In this document: positions 62,204 to 64,000 of the stretch, piece by piece
Position numbering within the stretch: the stretch's first letter is position 1
Layout of the letters: every line of letters starts with the position of its first letter
DNA from: an uncultured Candidatus Saccharibacteria bacterium
GTDB taxonomy: Bacteria > Patescibacteriota > Minisyncoccia > UBA6257 > 2-01-FULL-56-20
NCBI GenBank assembly: GCA_964484655.1
Contig: CAZAFA010000001.1
Span: 97,518 to 161,517, forward strand
Length of the DNA: 64,000 bases
Direction: 5' to 3'
The notes under the pieces: model-generated
The model's database searches: none
Told to the model about the DNA's origin: nothing
The model's input: only the letters and a program-made list of their open reading frames with translations
Made by a program: the position numbers and the translations under genes

Positions 62204-63841
62204 CTATTTCATATGGCTCTGCGCGAAGGCCCAGTCCCCGCGGACCTTCTTGCCGGGATTGAATATCCCCTGCGGGTCCCAGATGTCCTTGGTTCGCTCG
62301 AAGAGCGCCATCATCTCGGGACCGAACTGGCGCTCCACGAACCGGGTCCGGATCAGGCCGTCGTTGTGCTCGCCGGACGTCGATCCGCCGAAGGCGAGCG
62401 TGAGCTCGACCGCCTCTTCCTGCAGCTTGTACATCGCCTCGCGCGCTTCGGGGTCGTGCAGGTTCATGAGCGGGATGATGTGGAAGTTCCCGTCGCCGAC
62501 GTGTCCCGCGATCGTGTACGTCATCTTGCTCGCGTACCGCTCCATCAGCTTCTCGAGCTGCGGCATGAACTCGGAGAGGTCCTCGACGCGTACGACGAGG
62601 TCGTCGATGAAGGGCGCCGTCTGGCGGTCGCGGACGTGCTCGCGCAGGAGCGAGAAGCTCTCGCGCCTGATCGCCCAGTACTTGTTCGCCTCGCCGCCGC
62701 TGCCCGCGGCGCGATAGCGGAATCCCTGCGCGCGCAGCATGGCCTGCAGCGCGTCGGAACGCTTCCTCAGGTCGCTCTCAGAGTAGTCGGCGAGCTCCAC
62801 GAGCACCGTCAGGCGCGGCAGGCCGTGCAGAAGCACCGAGAAGGCCTCCGGCACGAAGCGCGCGGCGAGGCCGAAGAGGCCCGTACCGAGGTGACGCGCG
62901 AGTACCGGGATGAAGCGGATCGCGAGCCCGAGCGTATGGTTGTCGAAGGACTCGAGGCTCTCCGGCTCGAACGCCAACAGGTCGTGCACGAAATGCGCGA
63001 TATGGCGCTCGTCGTCGAGGAAGACGACGGTCAGCGCGGTGTACGGCTTCGGCCGCTCGAGGCGGAGCTTCGCGTCGGTGACGAGGCAGAGCGTGCCCTG
63101 CGAGCCGACCACGACCTGGGTGAGGTCGAAGGTCTCCGTCTCGGGATCGTAGACGTCCCAGAGGTCGTACCCGGATGAGTTCTTGGTGACCCGGGGCCTT
63201 CCCTCGCGGATGGCGCGCTGGTTCTCCATGACGAGCGCGTGCATGTCGCGGTACAGCTCCCCTTCCCGGTTCTGCTGCGCGAGCTTCTCGGCGAGCTCCT
63301 TCTTGCCGAGCTTTCGCAGCTCGACGGCCGAGCCGTCGTCGAGGACCACGTCGAGGCGCTCTACGTACCGGTTCGTCTTCCCGTAGGCGAGGTTCTTCTC
63401 GCCCCCGGCGTTGTTCGCGATCATGCCGCCGAGCGCGCATATGTTCTTCGACGCCGGATAGCTGGGATAGAACCAGCCGCTGCCGGCGAGCCGCTTCTCG
63501 AGGTCGCGGTAGAAGGCGCCGGGCTGGACATGCACGTCCTTCCCGCCCTTGTACGCGATGTGGTTGAGCTTGGCGCAGTCCACCTGGATCGACGCCGTGA
63601 GGGATCCCCCGCTCATGCAGGTGCCACCTGCGCGCGCGGTCAGCGAGACGGGCACGCCCTTCCGCCGCACGTTCGCCACCGCCTTCACGGCCGCGGCGAG
63701 GTCCGCGGCGTCCTCCGGCACGAAGACGGCGCGAGGCGTCACCTTGAAGAGCGAGGCGTCCGTGCTGTGCGACTCGAGCGTTCCCTTGTCCTCGAGCACC
63801 TTGCCGCGCACCGCGGCCCTGAGGAAGGCGAGATCTACCAT
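62204..63841 (-). CDS. FAD-linked oxidase (GlcD / D-lactate dehydrogenase-like, FAD_binding_4 plus FAD-oxidase_C)
   Basis: Start at MVDLAFLRAAV... (ATG at 63841). The FAD-binding PCMH domain has ...RAGGTCMSGGS..., and the C-terminal domain has HVGDGNFH. Confidence 0.75.
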   Translation of the reverse strand: MVDLAFLRAAVRGKVLEDKGTLESHSTDASLFKVTPRAVFVPEDAADLAAAVKAVANVRRKGVPVSLTARAGGTCMSGGSLTASIQVDCAKLNHIAYKGGKDVHVQPGAFYRDLEKRLAGSGWFYPSYPASKNICALGGMIANNAGGEKNLAYGKTNRYVERLDVVLDDGSAVELRKLGKKELAEKLAQQNREGELYRDMHALVMENQRAIREGRPRVTKNSSGYDLWDVYDPETETFDLTQVVVGSQGTLCLVTDAKLRLERPKPYTALTVVFLDDERHIAHFVHDLLAFEPESLESFDNHTLGLAIRFIPVLARHLGTGLFGLAARFVPEAFSVLLHGLPRLTVLVELADYSESDLRKRSDALQAMLRAQGFRYRAAGSGGEANKYWAIRRESFSLLREHVRDRQTAPFIDDLVVRVEDLSEFMPQLEKLMERYASKMTYTIAGHVGDGNFHIIPLMNLHDPEAREAMYKLQEEAVELTLAFGGSTSGEHNDGLIRTRFVERQFGPEMMALFERTKDIWDPQGIFNPGKKVRGDWAFAQSHMK

Positions 63842-64000
63842 GCGAAGCAGGCGGTGAGGCGCTCCAGGTTCGCCTGGTCGGGGCCCATGTTCTCGAGCCC
63901 GGGCACCTCGAGCATCCACGCCGCGTGCGCGAGCCTGCCGCACTGCGCGAGCGCCTGGAAGCCGGCAAGGCCGATGTGCCCGTCCCCGATGTTCTCGTGC
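63835..64000 (-). CDS. nfo: Endonuclease IV (Nfo) C-terminal fragment; 5' end outside window
   Basis: ...HENIGDGHIGLAGFQALAQ...VPGLENM... matches the Nfo C-terminal metal-binding region. Its stop overlaps the downstream ATG (ATGGTAG). Confidence 0.55.
   Translation of the reverse strand, partial: HENIGDGHIGLAGFQALAQCGRLAHAAWMLEVPGLENMGPDQANLERLTACFAW

Overview
This window is ordinary high-GC (~65-70%) bacterial chromosome, densely packed with housekeeping genes on both strands. Short or 4-nt gene overlaps are common. Many genes have a -10-like hexamer only 6-9 nt upstream of the ATG, which points to frequent leaderless transcripts.

Recognisable genes include rpsP and a KH-domain protein, a sensor histidine kinase, RadC, an AI-2E transporter, leucyl aminopeptidase, ychF, a Lys/Ala-repeat histone-like protein, hpf, secA, an OmpR-family response regulator, recR, dnaB, cysS, a CIRCE-hrcA-grpE-dnaK-dnaJ heat-shock locus, tRNA-Lys(UUU), secD, secF, rsuA-like, trmD, a split ComEC, ftsW, murG, gltX, an M23 peptidase, rarA, rpmA, rplI, a Ctp protease, def, fmt, a UvrD-type helicase fused to a RecB-type nuclease, a CAP-domain protein, a peptidoglycan-binding surface protein, a FAD-linked oxidase and a partial nfo. 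The phylum cannot be fixed from sequence alone. The features fit a high-GC lineage rich in leaderless mRNAs, such as Actinobacteria or a reduced-genome lineage.

Regions worth a second look:
- A ~3.8 kb low-GC block (24.83-28.66 kb) directly after dnaJ. It holds five or six unrecognisable genes, a probable frameshifted ORF pair, a 28-bp direct repeat pair and its own terminators. It is a candidate horizontally acquired island, possibly defence or accessory.
- A gene neighbourhood (33.15-40.21 kb) with a sigma-region-4 plus tandem HARE-HTH DNA-binding protein, two membrane proteins, a DUF87/HerA/VirB4-type ATPase and an upstream paralog whose Walker A lysine and Walker B glutamate are both lost.
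- A ~500-bp noncoding stretch (8.80-9.30 kb) with two promoter-like elements, strong hairpins and palindromes, consistent with one or two small RNAs.
- A promoter-leader-terminator arrangement that sequesters the pepA Shine-Dalgarno site.
- A conserved 30-nt direct-repeat box (TTTAT[C/G]-N5-TTTATC) upstream of both the histidine kinase and the unlinked response regulator.
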